A stretch of 64,000 bases of DNA from Candidatus Latescibacterota bacterium (GCA_965208125.1 OZ242320.1:576001-640000), one strand, 5' to 3'. Shown: positions 38,748-50,069, numbered from the stretch's first letter. Numbers and translations: made by a program. Notes: a model not told the origin generated them from the sequence alone.

Positions 38748-40552
38748 GCGATAAGTTCCTCCAGCCCCGTATTGTGCAAGCGTGAAAACTGCGAATTTGG
38801 ATCCGCAACGAGATCTGTGCGAAGGCCAAATTCACCCACCTGTCCATCATCGAGAATGAGAATATTATCCACGCGCTCTACGGTCTCAAGGCGATGCGCG
38901 ATAATAATACCCGTGCGACTTTGCAACAGGCGTTCCACCGCAAAATTGATATTCTGCTCGGTTGCGGGATCGAGCCGCGATGAAGGCTCGTCCAGAATGA
39001 CCAGACCGGGATCTTTGAGGAAAACGCGGGCAAAGGCGAGCAACTGGGCTTCGCCAGCCGAGAGACTGCCCGAGACGAGTTCGGTATCCAAACCATCGGG
39101 CAATGATGCATACCATGCACCAAGGCCGAGTTCATCGAGTATAGCGACGATTTTTTTATCCGAAACATCGGGTCGAAAAAGGGTGAGATTGTCGCGTACG
39201 CTGGCATTGAAAAGTTGCACATCCTGCGTAACGAGACCGACGTGCTGCCGCAAATCGTCGAGCAAAATATCCCGGATATTTTGATCACCAACTCGAATTT
39301 GTCCGCGCTGAATATCGTAAAAGCGAAAAAGCAAGCGGGTAATCGTGGTCTTGCCACTGCCCGTGCGCCCCAACAAGCCGAGGGTTTTGCCCGGATCGAG
39401 AGAAAAGGAAATATTCCGCAGAACGGGATCGCCGGGATTGTACGCAAAATGGACATTGTCAAACGCAATGCCCAAAGGTATTACCTCGAGATTGCCAGAA
39501 GGAGCAGCTAATTTTTCATTCCCATCCCGAATGCGGGTCTGGATGCGGTGGAGTTCTTCAATGCGTTTAAGCCCGGCAGTGGCACGTTGCAAATCGTTGA
39601 TTTGCTGGCTAATTTGAAAAAGCGGTTCCCGCAACATCGACGTATAGTGAAAAATGAGAAAAACCGCGCCAATTGTAAATGTACCCTCCCGATAAAGCCA
39701 GATACCCATGCCCATAGCAAGCGCATAACCGAGCGCGAACATAATGCCGGTAATCGCACGCAATCCTTCACTCATAATTTCGGATTTCTTCACGCGGGCA
39801 AAAACGCCGTTATTGACCCCGTAAAACCGATTCACAGTGTAGTCGCCTGCGCCATTTGTGCGGATGTCTTCAAGGCCGAGCAATCGCTCTTCGATAAAAC
39901 CGTAAAGACGCGCATAACTTTCGCGTTCAGCCGTATAAATGGGCACAGCAATATTGCGCGTGAGATTAAAAACAATAAAAGCGAGAATCGAAAAAGCCGT
40001 CAGCGCTGCGCCCACGCGCCAATCTTCGCGAAAGACGAGAATGAGGACGCCCAAAAGAAAAAATGAGCTTCCAATAACATGGATGACAAATTGCGAAAAA
40101 AAATTAGAAAGTGCCGTTGTATCGCCGTCAACGCGCTCGATCATCTCGCCCGGAGTACGCTCGTGGTGAAAGCCCATATCGAGGTTGAGACAGTGGTGCG
40201 CAAGCGTATTCCGCATCTGATTCGTCGCGCGCCAGCCCACATCTTGCCCCAAATAAGAACTCACAATTTGCACGCCCTGGCGAATAATCCCAATGGCGAG
40301 AAAAGCGATACCCGCCCATATCAGATTTTGTACGGCACCATCTGCCTGCGCCGTATCGATAAAATATCGAACGATTTGGGGATTGAGCAGATTGAGACCA
40401 ATACCGGTGAACATGAAAACGCCGAGAAAAACAACGCGCTTCCAATGGGGGCGAAGATAGTGTATCAGGAGGGTGGCATAATGCCTGAGAGGGACGCGTT
40501 CCAAGAGGATTCCCGAAGTGGGTGAAAAAAAATGGACATCCAAATCGCTCAA
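38744..40552 (-). CDS. ABC exporter fused permease/ATPase, subunit A
   Basis: TMD plus GRTGSGKT, degenerate LSAGE, ILDE; ATGA overlap with subunit B (heterodimer); start uncertain. Confidence 0.92.
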   Translation of the reverse strand: MSDLDVHFFSPTSGILLERVPLRHYATLLIHYLRPHWKRVVFLGVFMFTGIGLNLLNPQIVRYFIDTAQADGAVQNLIWAGIAFLAIGIIRQGVQIVSSYLGQDVGWRATNQMRNTLAHHCLNLDMGFHHERTPGEMIERVDGDTTALSNFFSQFVIHVIGSSFFLLGVLILVFREDWRVGAALTAFSILAFIVFNLTRNIAVPIYTAERESYARLYGFIEERLLGLEDIRTNGAGDYTVNRFYGVNNGVFARVKKSEIMSEGLRAITGIMFALGYALAMGMGIWLYREGTFTIGAVFLIFHYTSMLREPLFQISQQINDLQRATAGLKRIEELHRIQTRIRDGNEKLAAPSGNLEVIPLGIAFDNVHFAYNPGDPVLRNISFSLDPGKTLGLLGRTGSGKTTITRLLFRFYDIQRGQIRVGDQNIRDILLDDLRQHVGLVTQDVQLFNASVRDNLTLFRPDVSDKKIVAILDELGLGAWYASLPDGLDTELVSGSLSAGEAQLLAFARVFLKDPGLVILDEPSSRLDPATEQNINFAVERLLQSRTGIIIAHRLETVERVDNILILDDGQVGEFGLRTDLVADPNSQFSRLHNTGLEELIA

Positions 40553-40681
40553 AGTTCTTGAAAATTAAGAGGTCGCATGTTAATTTCCAAATGAAATTTA
40601 ATCACTAACACTGTAATCCAATAACGTATTTACACATTGAAGCTTGTCTTTGAGTGATTTGAAGGATATATTTTACCGTAA

Positions 40682-41014
40682 ATGAAACTGCCGAATAGGG
40701 AAAAAGCGCATATACCTCGAGAGAAAATCCTTGATTATCTCCTTTCACCAACTCATCGGGACGGAAAACCTAAGCATGATTTTTTTATTCGGTTTGGATT
40801 TACACGGGAACGCTGGGAACAGTTAGCAAATGTTTTGATCCAACATGCACAATTTCATGATGTCCAGGCATTTTTTGAAACCCCTTTTGGTTATCGATAT
40901 ATTATCGAAGGCGTGATTATGTGTCCCGATGGTCGCCAGCCTGTAATTTTAAGTGTTTGGTTTATCGATGCAAGTGGCAATGCACCTCGATTGGTGACTG
41001 CATATCCAGCTTGA
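40682..41014 (+). CDS. DUF6883-like protein (putative toxin/nuclease)
   Basis: KILDYLLSPTH.DG..K..FF..FGF and PRLVTAYP pattern. Confidence 0.7.
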   Translation: MKLPNREKAHIPREKILDYLLSPTHRDGKPKHDFFIRFGFTRERWEQLANVLIQHAQFHDVQAFFETPFGYRYIIEGVIMCPDGRQPVILSVWFIDASGNAPRLVTAYPA

Positions 41015-41035
41015 TAAGTGTATTTTGAGGGAGCT

Positions 41036-41269
41036 ATGAAAACCATACAAGAACACGATCAAATTATTTTAATGCGTAATTTGAAAGAATTTGGCCTTTG
41101 CCTGGGCGATATAGGAACTGTTGTACTTGTACATCAAGCAGGTCGAGGTTATGAGGTAGAATTTCTTACATTGGATGGAAAAACCATTGGCGTCACAACA
41201 TTGATGGCTGATGAGATACGTCCAACTGGTAGCCGAGAAGTCGCTCACGCACGGTTGCTGAATACTTAA
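41036..41269 (+). CDS. DUF4926-like small protein (putative antitoxin/immunity)
   Basis: E.D...L...GL..GDIGTVV.V...GYEVEF...DG.T pattern; GAGGGAG RBS. Confidence 0.75.
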   Translation: MKTIQEHDQIILMRNLKEFGLCLGDIGTVVLVHQAGRGYEVEFLTLDGKTIGVTTLMADEIRPTGSREVAHARLLNT

Positions 41270-41275
41270 ACTCTC

Positions 41276-42580
41276 TTGATGATTCTACCCCGAATGCCTC
41301 CCAAACTCATCTCCCTTCTAAGAAATACTGGCCTCGACATCCATTGGGAAAAATCTGTCGCAACATTCCCCGGCAACCTCTTCTTTCTTAAGCCCGAAGC
41401 CATCCGCGAAAATGGCGCCTGGGCAAATCTTCCGCCCAACGCCATAGACTTCGCAATCCGCGCCGCTAAACAAATCGCCGCCGATCCCGACCTCGCGCAC
41501 ATGGTCTGGCATGCCCATCGCCTCCTCTTCATCGACAAAAGCACCCAGAACTCGGCAACCCGCGACTGGCCCCTCCTCGCCCCCGTACTCGGCAATTACG
41601 GCGGTGCCTTTTATCTCCTCATCGCGCTCTCGGGCATACCACAACTCCGCACCTACCACCAATCGCGCGACATACCCGAACACATCACCCGATTGACCTG
41701 CCGCGACACGTACGTCTGGGCGCAGCAATACCACGACATCGGCGTCTTCAAAAACGATCGTTTCTTCCACCCGGGTGCCCCCGGCGCGTGGGGATTGTGC
41801 ACGCGCATCTTGCCCTGGCTGCTCGGCCATCTCAACGGCGACCTCTATCGCGTAGGACGCCTGCAATACAAAACTGGACCCTTTCGCCAGAAAATGCGCG
41901 CGTACCGCCATCGCACCTCTACACATCTGTGTCTCCTGTGCGAATCCGGATTGGAATTTCGCACCGACGGCAACTTCAACGGCGCGGGCGAACGGGAAGA
42001 CCCACAAGCCTGGACATCTGAACTCACCGAAACCTCGACCCATATCATCGGCAATCCCATACACCCCAACGGCCACGCACAACGCCAGCCGGTCGGCCTC
42101 CCTCGCGCTCACTGGAATTGCGTCCTCACTGGAGGCGATCCCATCCTCGAAATTCACATCCCCGAAGACGGACCAATGGCATTTGAAAATTGCGGCGACT
42201 CCCTCCGTCAGGTCGCCAAATTCTTCCCCAAACACTTCCCCGACCGTCCCTTCAAAGCGATCTGTTGCACATCCTGGTTCCTCGACCCCACGTACCAGAA
42301 CTTACTCTCCAAAAATTCCAACATCGCTCGCTTCCAGCGCGAATGTTATCTCTTCCCACTCAACTCGCGCAGCAAATACAGCAGCCTCGATCGCATCTTC
42401 GGTCCCTATGTCCACGACCTCTCCACAGCCCCGCGCGACAGCAGCATGAGAGCCGCGGTACTCGATCACATCGAAAACGGCGGCTGTCTCATCAGCGGAG
42501 GCTGCCTCCTCTGGACAGACCACCTCGACAAATGGGGCACCCAATTCTACCTCCATCAATCTCCCAGTCCCCAAAGTTGA
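41276..42580 (+). CDS. GNAT-like acyltransferase domain protein (DUF5596/GNAT_C-like)
   Basis: LYRVGRLQY, LEIHIP..GP, C.SWFLDP, SNI.RFQ; start uncertain. Confidence 0.75.
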   Translation: MMILPRMPPKLISLLRNTGLDIHWEKSVATFPGNLFFLKPEAIRENGAWANLPPNAIDFAIRAAKQIAADPDLAHMVWHAHRLLFIDKSTQNSATRDWPLLAPVLGNYGGAFYLLIALSGIPQLRTYHQSRDIPEHITRLTCRDTYVWAQQYHDIGVFKNDRFFHPGAPGAWGLCTRILPWLLGHLNGDLYRVGRLQYKTGPFRQKMRAYRHRTSTHLCLLCESGLEFRTDGNFNGAGEREDPQAWTSELTETSTHIIGNPIHPNGHAQRQPVGLPRAHWNCVLTGGDPILEIHIPEDGPMAFENCGDSLRQVAKFFPKHFPDRPFKAICCTSWFLDPTYQNLLSKNSNIARFQRECYLFPLNSRSKYSSLDRIFGPYVHDLSTAPRDSSMRAAVLDHIENGGCLISGGCLLWTDHLDKWGTQFYLHQSPSPQS

Positions 42581-42605
42581 CATCTTCTCAAACACATATT
42601 ACCTT
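42577..42605 (+). promoter_or_regulatory. Putative sigma70 promoter for ABC operon
   Basis: TTGACA-17nt-TACCTT. Confidence 0.45.
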
Positions 42606-42694
42606 TCGCCTCACAAATAACACCCTCGCCACTCGTATCCCCGTGTCTTTGTGTCTTTGTGTGAGACATTTATCCAATCCCATATCTTTTGCCC

Positions 42695-43669
42695 ATGTCC
42701 AACACCCCCGACATCGCCGTTCAAAATCTCCGAAAAACTTATGAAGTGCCCCAGCGAGAACCCGGATTGGGCGCAGCGATCAAAAGCCTTGTCTCGCGCA
42801 CCACACGCGACGTCGAAGCTGTAAAAAATATCTCCTTTGACGTTGCCCCAGGCGAAATCGTCGGATTCTTGGGACCCAATGGCGCCGGCAAAACCACCAC
42901 CCTCAAAATGCTCTCCGGCTTGCTCCACCCCACAGCCGGCGAAATCTCAGTCATTGGACACACCCCTTATGCGCGCCACAAAAATTTCCTCAACCGCATC
43001 ACCCTCGTCATGGGCCAGCGCAACCAGCTCATGTGGGACATCCCCGTAGCCGATTCTTTTGAACGCAACCGCGCAATCTACCGCATTTCTCACGGCGAAT
43101 ACAACAAAACCCTCGACGAACTCAGCGCCTTACTCGACCTGAGCGATCTGCTTTCCAAACCCGTGCGCAATCTCTCATTGGGCGAACGAATGAAATGCGA
43201 AATCGCCGCAGCCCTGCTCCACCGCCCAAAGATTCTCTTCCTCGACGAACCCACCATTGGCCTCGACGTCACCATGCAGCGCCGCATCCGCGCCTTCCTG
43301 GGCGAATACAACCGCCGCCACAGCGCCACCGTATTGCTCACCTCGCATTACATGGCCGATGTCGAAGCCCTGTGCAAGCGCGTCATTGTCATTCACCACG
43401 GCGAATTGCTCTTTGATGGTGATTTAAATGCCCTTATCGAACGCTTTTCACCTCACAAAACCATAGTAGTTGATCTCGAAACCGAACGCGCCGACCTCTC
43501 TTCCTACGGCGAAGTCGTCACCGCCGAGGGCAACAGCGTAACCCTGCGCGTACCAAAAGCAAAAACCGCCGATGTCACCGGAAAATTGCTCGCCAATCTG
43601 CCCATCATCGACCTCACAGTTGAAGATCCACCCATAGAGGAAGCCATCGAACAGGTGTTTTCAAATTGA
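42695..43669 (+). CDS. ABC transporter ATP-binding protein
   Basis: GPNGAGKTT, LSLGERMK, FLDEPTIGLD. Confidence 0.93.
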   Translation: MSNTPDIAVQNLRKTYEVPQREPGLGAAIKSLVSRTTRDVEAVKNISFDVAPGEIVGFLGPNGAGKTTTLKMLSGLLHPTAGEISVIGHTPYARHKNFLNRITLVMGQRNQLMWDIPVADSFERNRAIYRISHGEYNKTLDELSALLDLSDLLSKPVRNLSLGERMKCEIAAALLHRPKILFLDEPTIGLDVTMQRRIRAFLGEYNRRHSATVLLTSHYMADVEALCKRVIVIHHGELLFDGDLNALIERFSPHKTIVVDLETERADLSSYGEVVTAEGNSVTLRVPKAKTADVTGKLLANLPIIDLTVEDPPIEEAIEQVFSN

Positions 43670-44469
43670 AACATTATACCACCATCTACTGGGCCTTTTT
43701 CAAGACCTCATTGCTCGAACAATTTCAATATCGCGCCGCCATGGCGATATGGATGATCGGTCGCATACTCGAACCCATCATCTACCTCACCGTATGGACG
43801 ACAGTCGCCCACGCACGCGGAGGCAGCGTGGGATCCTATTCACCTGCCGACTTTGCCGCTTATTACATCGTCCTCATGCTCGTCAACCAATTCACCTTTT
43901 CCTGGATCATGCACATATACGACTTTCGCATTCGCCAGGGCGAACTCTCCAACTTCTTGCTCAAACCCATACACCCCATACACGCCGACATTGCCGAGAA
44001 TATCGCGTACAAAGTCATGACCGCCATCATCATTTTTCCCACGGCAATATTGCTCTTCCTTCTCTTTGACCCCAATCTCGCCTTTCACATACAGATATTC
44101 GCCGTCTTTTTACTCGCATTGGGCATAGCGTTCCTCATGCGATTCTTCATCGAGTGGACCCTCGCCCTCGTCGCCTTTTGGACCACGCGCAACGAAGCTA
44201 TTAATCAGATGTACTTCACACTCGGCCTATTTCTCTCCGGACGCATCGCACCCATCGACCTGCTGCCGGGAGCCATCCAGACCCTTGCCGACGCGCTCCC
44301 CTTTCGCTGGGCGGTTGCATTTCCCGTCGAACTCATGCTCGGTCGCCTTTCGCAAGAACAAATTTGGAACGGATTCACCATGCAAGCCGTTTGGCTGCTC
44401 GCGGGTTTTCTGTTAATCCAACTCACCTGGCGGTTGGGAGTAAAAAAATACTCGGCAGTTGGATCATAG
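43666..44469 (+). CDS. ABC-2 family permease (DUF990-like)
   Basis: QYR, IRQGEL..FLLKP, about 6 TMs. Confidence 0.88.
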   Translation: MKHYTTIYWAFFKTSLLEQFQYRAAMAIWMIGRILEPIIYLTVWTTVAHARGGSVGSYSPADFAAYYIVLMLVNQFTFSWIMHIYDFRIRQGELSNFLLKPIHPIHADIAENIAYKVMTAIIIFPTAILLFLLFDPNLAFHIQIFAVFLLALGIAFLMRFFIEWTLALVAFWTTRNEAINQMYFTLGLFLSGRIAPIDLLPGAIQTLADALPFRWAVAFPVELMLGRLSQEQIWNGFTMQAVWLLAGFLLIQLTWRLGVKKYSAVGS

Positions 44470-44480
44470 GTACTTAGTCC

Positions 44481-45266
44481 ATGTACTACTTAAAACTGAT
44501 ATGGACCTTCTTCCGCATTGGCCTGCTCAACGAAATGGCCTATCGCGTGAACTTCTACGTCCAACTCCTGCAATCCCTCCTCAGCCTGGGCACAGCCATC
44601 GCGGGTCTGGCAATCGTATTTTCACACACCGATACCCTCGGCGGATGGCAGGCCGTTGATATCCTCGCACTACTCGGCGTATTTATGTTTGTAGGTGGCG
44701 TGATAGGCATGGTCATATCTCCGAGCATGAGCCAGCTCATGGACGATGTGCTACGAGGCCTATTCGACTACACCCTCACCAAACCGTGCGACGCGCAATT
44801 CCTCGCCAGTATCTCGCAAATCCGCGTATGGCGGCTCACCGATATTCTACTCGGCGCGGGCGTGCTCATCGCCGCGCTGATCTATCGGGGACTCGATATT
44901 GGTCCGCGGGAAGCACTCGCCTTCGCCTTTGTTCTCTGTACCGGGGGCAGCATCATCTACAGCTTCTGGCTCATGCTCGCCACCCTCACCTTCTGGTTCT
45001 TGCGTATCGAAAACATCCTCCACATCTTCCAGAGCATGTACGAAGCCGGCCGCTGGCCCATTGGCATCTACCCCCACTGGCTGCGCTATATCCTCACATT
45101 CCTCGTACCCGTAGCATTTGCCATCACAGTACCCGCGGAAGCACTCTCAGGTCGCCTGACACCCGAAAGCATGATCACATCTGGCCTGCTGTGTATCTTT
45201 CTCATCGCATTCTCGCGCTGGTTCTGGAAACGCGGCCTAAAAAACTACTCCGGCGCATCGGCATAA
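44481..45266 (+). CDS. ABC-2 family permease (DUF990-like)
   Basis: AYRVNF, G.FDY.LTKP.D.QF, WP..IYP, YSGASA end. Confidence 0.88.
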   Translation: MYYLKLIWTFFRIGLLNEMAYRVNFYVQLLQSLLSLGTAIAGLAIVFSHTDTLGGWQAVDILALLGVFMFVGGVIGMVISPSMSQLMDDVLRGLFDYTLTKPCDAQFLASISQIRVWRLTDILLGAGVLIAALIYRGLDIGPREALAFAFVLCTGGSIIYSFWLMLATLTFWFLRIENILHIFQSMYEAGRWPIGIYPHWLRYILTFLVPVAFAITVPAEALSGRLTPESMITSGLLCIFLIAFSRWFWKRGLKNYSGASA

Positions 45267-45279
45267 TAGTCATGCCCGT

Positions 45280-45308
45280 TTGACTTTCCAGATTCTATCG
45301 GCTATTTT
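45280..45308 (+). promoter_or_regulatory. Putative sigma70 promoter
   Basis: TTGACT-17nt-TATTTT upstream of AAGGAG RBS. Confidence 0.45.
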
Positions 45309-45352
45309 ACCCCTGCTTTCAACACCAGACAATACATATAAGGAGTTACAGA

Positions 45353-47011
45353 ATGGCCTACCAACTTCCCGAACTCGCCGAACCCGAAGCACCTGAAAAG
45401 AACGAAGTCGTACTCATTGCCAACGGCGACCTGCGCTTATCTGCCAACCAGATGTGCTGGCCCGCACAAGAAGCAATGGAAAAAACCATCATAGCCGCAA
45501 TCCAACGCGAAGGATGGAAAGTCCGCCGCGGACATCCCTACAAACAAGACGAAGAACACGGCTTTATCGGATCGCAAAAAGAGGGCATGGCCGTCTTCAA
45601 AAATATTCATCCCGACGCCCCCCTCATCGTAGCCGAAGCCGTCTGGCAATACAGCCACCACGTACTTCACGGACTGATCTCACACCGAGGCCCCATCCTC
45701 ACCCTTGCCAACTGGTCTGGACAGTGGCCCGGCCTCGTCGGCATGCTCAACCTCAACGGCTCCCTCACCAAAGCCGGAGTTGAATACAGCACCCTTTGGA
45801 GCCTGGACTTTACCGACGACTTCTTCAAACGCGGCCTGCGCGAATGGCTCTCCAGCGGCAGCGTCACCCACGACACCTCCCATGTACGCGACGCCAACAC
45901 CTTCCGCCTCTCCGAAGCCGAGGCTCAACTCGGACAGGCGCTGGCAGAACAACTCCAGAGCGAAAAAGCCATTATGGGCGTCTTTGACGAAGGCTGCATG
46001 GGCATGTTCAACGCCATCATCCCCGACCACTTGCTCAATCCCACAGGCGTCTTCAAAGAACGCCTCTCGCAATCTGCTCTCTGGGCAGAAATGCAAACCG
46101 TCACAGATGCAGAAGCCAGGGCTATTCGCGCCTGGCTCGAGGGCAAGGGCCTCACCTTTGTCACCGGCACAAACGCAACTGATGAACTCACCGACGACCA
46201 GATCGCAATGCAATGCAAAATGTACATTGCCGCCGTACGCATAGCCGATGATTTTGGTTGTGCCACCATTGGCATTCAATACCAACAGGGCCTCAAAGAC
46301 CTGTGCCCGGCATCTGATCTGGTCGAAGGCATTCTCAACAACGCAGATCGTCCCCCGGTCAAAGCGCGTGCCAATGGTCAGATCCTCTACGAAGGCGAGG
46401 CACTCCCGCATTTCAACGAAGTCGATGAATGCGCCGGCCTCGACGGCCTGATCACCAACCGCATCTGGAAAGCACTGGGGCAGCCACCCGAAAACACCTT
46501 GCACGACCTGCGCTGGGGCGAACACTACCGGGGAAATGGCATTGACGACTACGTATGGGTCTTCCTCATCTCTGGCGGCGCGCCTCCTGCACATTATATC
46601 GACGGGTACAAAGGCACCTCTTCCGAACGCCAGCCCAGCATGTATTTCCCCCTCGGCGGCGGCACCTGCAAAGGCGTGAGCAAACCCGGCGAAATCGTCT
46701 GGAGCCGCATCTTCGTCCAAAATGACGAACTGCACATGGACATTGGCCGCGGTGGCGTCGTAGAACTCCCACAACCAGAAACCGACCACCGCTGGCGTGC
46801 CACCACGCCGCAGTGGCCCATTATGCACGCCGTCACCTACGGCATCTCCCGCGACCAGATGATGGCGCGCCACAAAGCCAACCACATCCAGGTCGCCTAT
46901 GCCCAATCAGCACAGGCCGCCAACAACGCGCTGGCTGTAAAAATCGCCATGATGCAAGCATTGGGCGTCAAAGTTCATCTGTGTGGCACAAATAACGGAT
47001 TGGTGGATTAA
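45353..47011 (+). CDS. L-fucose/L-arabinose isomerase-like protein
   Basis: [44 protein letters not shown]. Confidence 0.75.
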   Translation: MAYQLPELAEPEAPEKNEVVLIANGDLRLSANQMCWPAQEAMEKTIIAAIQREGWKVRRGHPYKQDEEHGFIGSQKEGMAVFKNIHPDAPLIVAEAVWQYSHHVLHGLISHRGPILTLANWSGQWPGLVGMLNLNGSLTKAGVEYSTLWSLDFTDDFFKRGLREWLSSGSVTHDTSHVRDANTFRLSEAEAQLGQALAEQLQSEKAIMGVFDEGCMGMFNAIIPDHLLNPTGVFKERLSQSALWAEMQTVTDAEARAIRAWLEGKGLTFVTGTNATDELTDDQIAMQCKMYIAAVRIADDFGCATIGIQYQQGLKDLCPASDLVEGILNNADRPPVKARANGQILYEGEALPHFNEVDECAGLDGLITNRIWKALGQPPENTLHDLRWGEHYRGNGIDDYVWVFLISGGAPPAHYIDGYKGTSSERQPSMYFPLGGGTCKGVSKPGEIVWSRIFVQNDELHMDIGRGGVVELPQPETDHRWRATTPQWPIMHAVTYGISRDQMMARHKANHIQVAYAQSAQAANNALAVKIAMMQALGVKVHLCGTNNGLVD

Positions 47012-47012
47012 A

Positions 47013-48023
47013 ATGAACCGTGTTCGTATTGGCGTTATCGGCGTGGGCAATATCGCCCGCAACTACCACTTACCCCCTGTACACGCACTCCCAAATGCCG
47101 AACTCGTCGCCGTTGCAGACCTCGACGAATCGCTCAGATTAAGAGCACAGAAACAGTTCGGCTTTCGCGATGCGTACACCGATTACCGTCGCATTTTAGA
47201 CCGCGACGACATTCACGCCATCATGCTCCTCACCCGCGTGAATACACGCACCGAAATCATTCCCGCAGCCCTCGAAGCGGGCAAACACGTCTTCACGCAA
47301 AAGCCCTTTGCACTGACAAATGAAGACGCCGAGTTTCTCGCCCAGGTAGCCAAACGCACGGGCAATCGCCTCGTCTGCAGCTTCATGCATCGCTACTTTC
47401 CACATACCCAGGGGGCGCGTCAAATCCTGCAGGAGGGCAAAATTGGCCGCCTTGAAATGGTGCGCCATCGCAACTGCATCGGCAGTCACTACGACAACGC
47501 CGTCCGCTTGTGGGGCGGCGTCCTCGACATTGGTACACACGGCATAGACGTCATCCGGTATCTCACCGAACAAGACGTCGTCAAAGTTCAGGCCATGATG
47601 GAACCCTATCTCACCAATGCAAACCTGCCGATAGACCCCACCATCAACCGCCCCAATGAAACCGTGGCCATCATGAATTTTGAAATGTCTGGCGGCACCC
47701 TCGTCACCTTTGAAATGCACTGGACCCAACGCGGTGGCGCAGGAGCCTATTATGCCGAACACTACGGCGATGAAGGCTCGGTGTTCATCAAACATCCCGT
47801 TGCGCCAGCACCCCTCATTTACACCCAGGGCCGCAAAGGCGACTGGATCCAACCCGACCTCGAACAACACCCCAAAGGTCACCTGCACCACAAAATCTTC
47901 ATAGACGACATCCTCAACAACACCTGTGAAAGTGCCTCCCCCGAAGACGCCGTGGCCACCGTAAAAATTATCAATGCTGCTTATGAGGCAGCACAAACCG
48001 GAAAAACAATCACCATAGACTAA
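47013..48023 (+). CDS. Gfo/Idh/MocA family oxidoreductase
   Basis: GVIGVGNIA, GKHVFTQKP, GGVLDIGTH..D. Confidence 0.92.
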   Translation: MNRVRIGVIGVGNIARNYHLPPVHALPNAELVAVADLDESLRLRAQKQFGFRDAYTDYRRILDRDDIHAIMLLTRVNTRTEIIPAALEAGKHVFTQKPFALTNEDAEFLAQVAKRTGNRLVCSFMHRYFPHTQGARQILQEGKIGRLEMVRHRNCIGSHYDNAVRLWGGVLDIGTHGIDVIRYLTEQDVVKVQAMMEPYLTNANLPIDPTINRPNETVAIMNFEMSGGTLVTFEMHWTQRGGAGAYYAEHYGDEGSVFIKHPVAPAPLIYTQGRKGDWIQPDLEQHPKGHLHHKIFIDDILNNTCESASPEDAVATVKIINAAYEAAQTGKTITID

Positions 48024-48040
48024 AAAAAGGACATAGTACC

Positions 48041-48985
48041 ATGAGAATCGCGCTCGTCATCCGCCCATTCACAAATGAAAATCTTCAAACCGCGCTTCAA
48101 ATGGGCGTGGAAGATGTTGTAACAGTCTTACCCAATGCTGGTCCCATCTGGGATTATCTCGCCATCTTGCGCCACAAAAAACGCATTGAAGACCAGGGCT
48201 TGCGCTGGTCTGTTGTCGAATCTGTTCCCATCTCAGACAACATCAAACTGGGCCTTGAAGACCGCGACAGTGAAATCGACAACTACTGCCAGACCATCCG
48301 CAACCTCGGCGCAGCGGGCATTCCCGTAATGTGTTACAACTGGATGACCGTCTTTAACTGGATGCGCACCTCGATGACCACCCGCACGCGCGGCAATGCC
48401 CTGACCAGTACCTACGATCACAGCGACATGGAAGACGCGCCCCCCATCACCGACTACGGCGACATCACCGAAGAACGCCTCTGGGAAAACCTCGAATACT
48501 TTCTCAAAAGAGTTATACCCGTTGCCGAAGAAGCCGGCGTCAAACAGGGCCTGCACCCCGACGACCCCCCGCTCTCGCCCATTCGCGGCGTTGCCCGCAT
48601 CATCACCAACCCCGAAGCCTATGACCGCGTCATCTCTTTTATCCCCAGCGAATACAATGGCCTTACCTATTGCCAGGGCAACTTCAAAGCCATGGGTGCC
48701 GACATTCCAGCCACCATACACCACTTCAAAGACCACATCCACTTCGCCCACTTCCGAGACCTTCACGGCCAGGTACCCACCTTCTCCGAATCCTTTCACG
48801 ACGACGGCGACACCGACATGGCAGAAGCCATTCGCGCGTACAAAGCAATCGGATTTAAGGGCGTCGTTCGCCCCGACCACACGCCCACCTTTGCGATAGA
48901 CGAGGAGGATACAGGAGGCTACAACTTCCTCGGACGGCTCTACGCTGTCGGTTACATGCGCGGGCTTATACATGGGACAGACTAA
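48041..48985 (+). CDS. uxuA: Mannonate dehydratase
   Basis: WSVVES, CYNWM, HPDDPP, HFRD, RPDHTP, LYAVGYMRG. Confidence 0.9.
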   Translation: MRIALVIRPFTNENLQTALQMGVEDVVTVLPNAGPIWDYLAILRHKKRIEDQGLRWSVVESVPISDNIKLGLEDRDSEIDNYCQTIRNLGAAGIPVMCYNWMTVFNWMRTSMTTRTRGNALTSTYDHSDMEDAPPITDYGDITEERLWENLEYFLKRVIPVAEEAGVKQGLHPDDPPLSPIRGVARIITNPEAYDRVISFIPSEYNGLTYCQGNFKAMGADIPATIHHFKDHIHFAHFRDLHGQVPTFSESFHDDGDTDMAEAIRAYKAIGFKGVVRPDHTPTFAIDEEDTGGYNFLGRLYAVGYMRGLIHGTD

Positions 48986-48996
48986 AAATCTACAAT

Positions 48997-49030
48997 AAAA
49001 AAAGGCTGCGATCTTACGACCGCAGCCTTT
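48997..49030. terminator. Bidirectional intrinsic terminator between convergent uxuA and PorV-like genes
   Basis: AAAGGCTGCG-N10-CGCAGCCTTT with A7 tract. Confidence 0.8.
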
Positions 49031-49052
49031 GGTGTATCTGGTGGGAAGCTTC

Positions 49053-50069
49053 TTAGAAGCCAATGCCAACAGAGACGCGAATGGGATATTCATCAAGTGC
49101 CTCGGCCTTTGAATACGAAACATCCACACCCACACTCTGATCGCCCAACTTCTGGCGCAAGCCAGCACCCACACTCCACGATTCGGAGTCATAACCGGTC
49201 TTGTAACCAGCACGCAACGCCAGCATGCTCTGAACCCATGCTTCTGCACCAAAGTGGTAATGATTGACCCCATCGGTGAAAAACATCTGTTCGACAGCCA
49301 ACGTGAGCGACAGTGGATCGCCCAGATTGCCATAGACTTCTGCTGCTCCCGACAAATTGAACACCATCGGGAAACGCGCTTTCTGACCAATCACGTCCTT
49401 GTCGTTACCCAGGTTGCGAAACGACATACCCAGACGCGTGGAATAGAAACCCGTGTAAAAGAGCGTGCCAAAATCCATGTCAACTGCGGAATAGGACTGC
49501 AAATCCAGGTCTTCTTGAATCCAGCGCAGATTGCCGCCCACACTCAATTTATCGGTCACTTGCTTGGCAACGGTCAGCCCTGCGGCCATGTTGCCCGCTG
49601 TGGCCATGCGCCCCGTGCCACCCGGTTGAGACGACGTGGTCTCTTCAAATTCATCTGTGGTAAAATACGCAAAGTTGACTGCAAAGGTCGCCATATTCGT
49701 CTTGGCACCAATGGCAAACGTCCCCATTGAGGACCCCACAATCCACTTCAGATAAGAGGCTGTCAGCGCGTAGCGCTCGATCTGCGTTGCGCCAGCCGGG
49801 TTGTAAAACACAGCCGACAGATCATTGCCTACTGACGAATACGCATCGCCCATAGCCGCTGAACGCGCATTGCCCGTCAGCTTCAAGAAACCATAAGACG
49901 TCGTGGAAACACGAGCATACCTGATTAGATCCGTTTCAGGTGGAACGCGCTCCCTATCCACGGGAAAAGGCCCTAATGATGCCTGAGTCGGCCGCTCTTC
50001 CTGAGCCTGTGCATACATCGGCAGAGCAAGCGCAACAGCCAGACCCAAGAGCAGTACTTTCTTCAACAT
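49053..50069 (-). CDS. PorV/PorQ-like outer membrane barrel (UPF0164)
   Basis: FLKL...ARSAAMGDA..S..ND.SAVFYNPAG signature; C-terminal Phe. Confidence 0.88.
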   Translation of the reverse strand: MLKKVLLLGLAVALALPMYAQAQEERPTQASLGPFPVDRERVPPETDLIRYARVSTTSYGFLKLTGNARSAAMGDAYSSVGNDLSAVFYNPAGATQIERYALTASYLKWIVGSSMGTFAIGAKTNMATFAVNFAYFTTDEFEETTSSQPGGTGRMATAGNMAAGLTVAKQVTDKLSVGGNLRWIQEDLDLQSYSAVDMDFGTLFYTGFYSTRLGMSFRNLGNDKDVIGQKARFPMVFNLSGAAEVYGNLGDPLSLTLAVEQMFFTDGVNHYHFGAEAWVQSMLALRAGYKTGYDSESWSVGAGLRQKLGDQSVGVDVSYSKAEALDEYPIRVSVGIGF

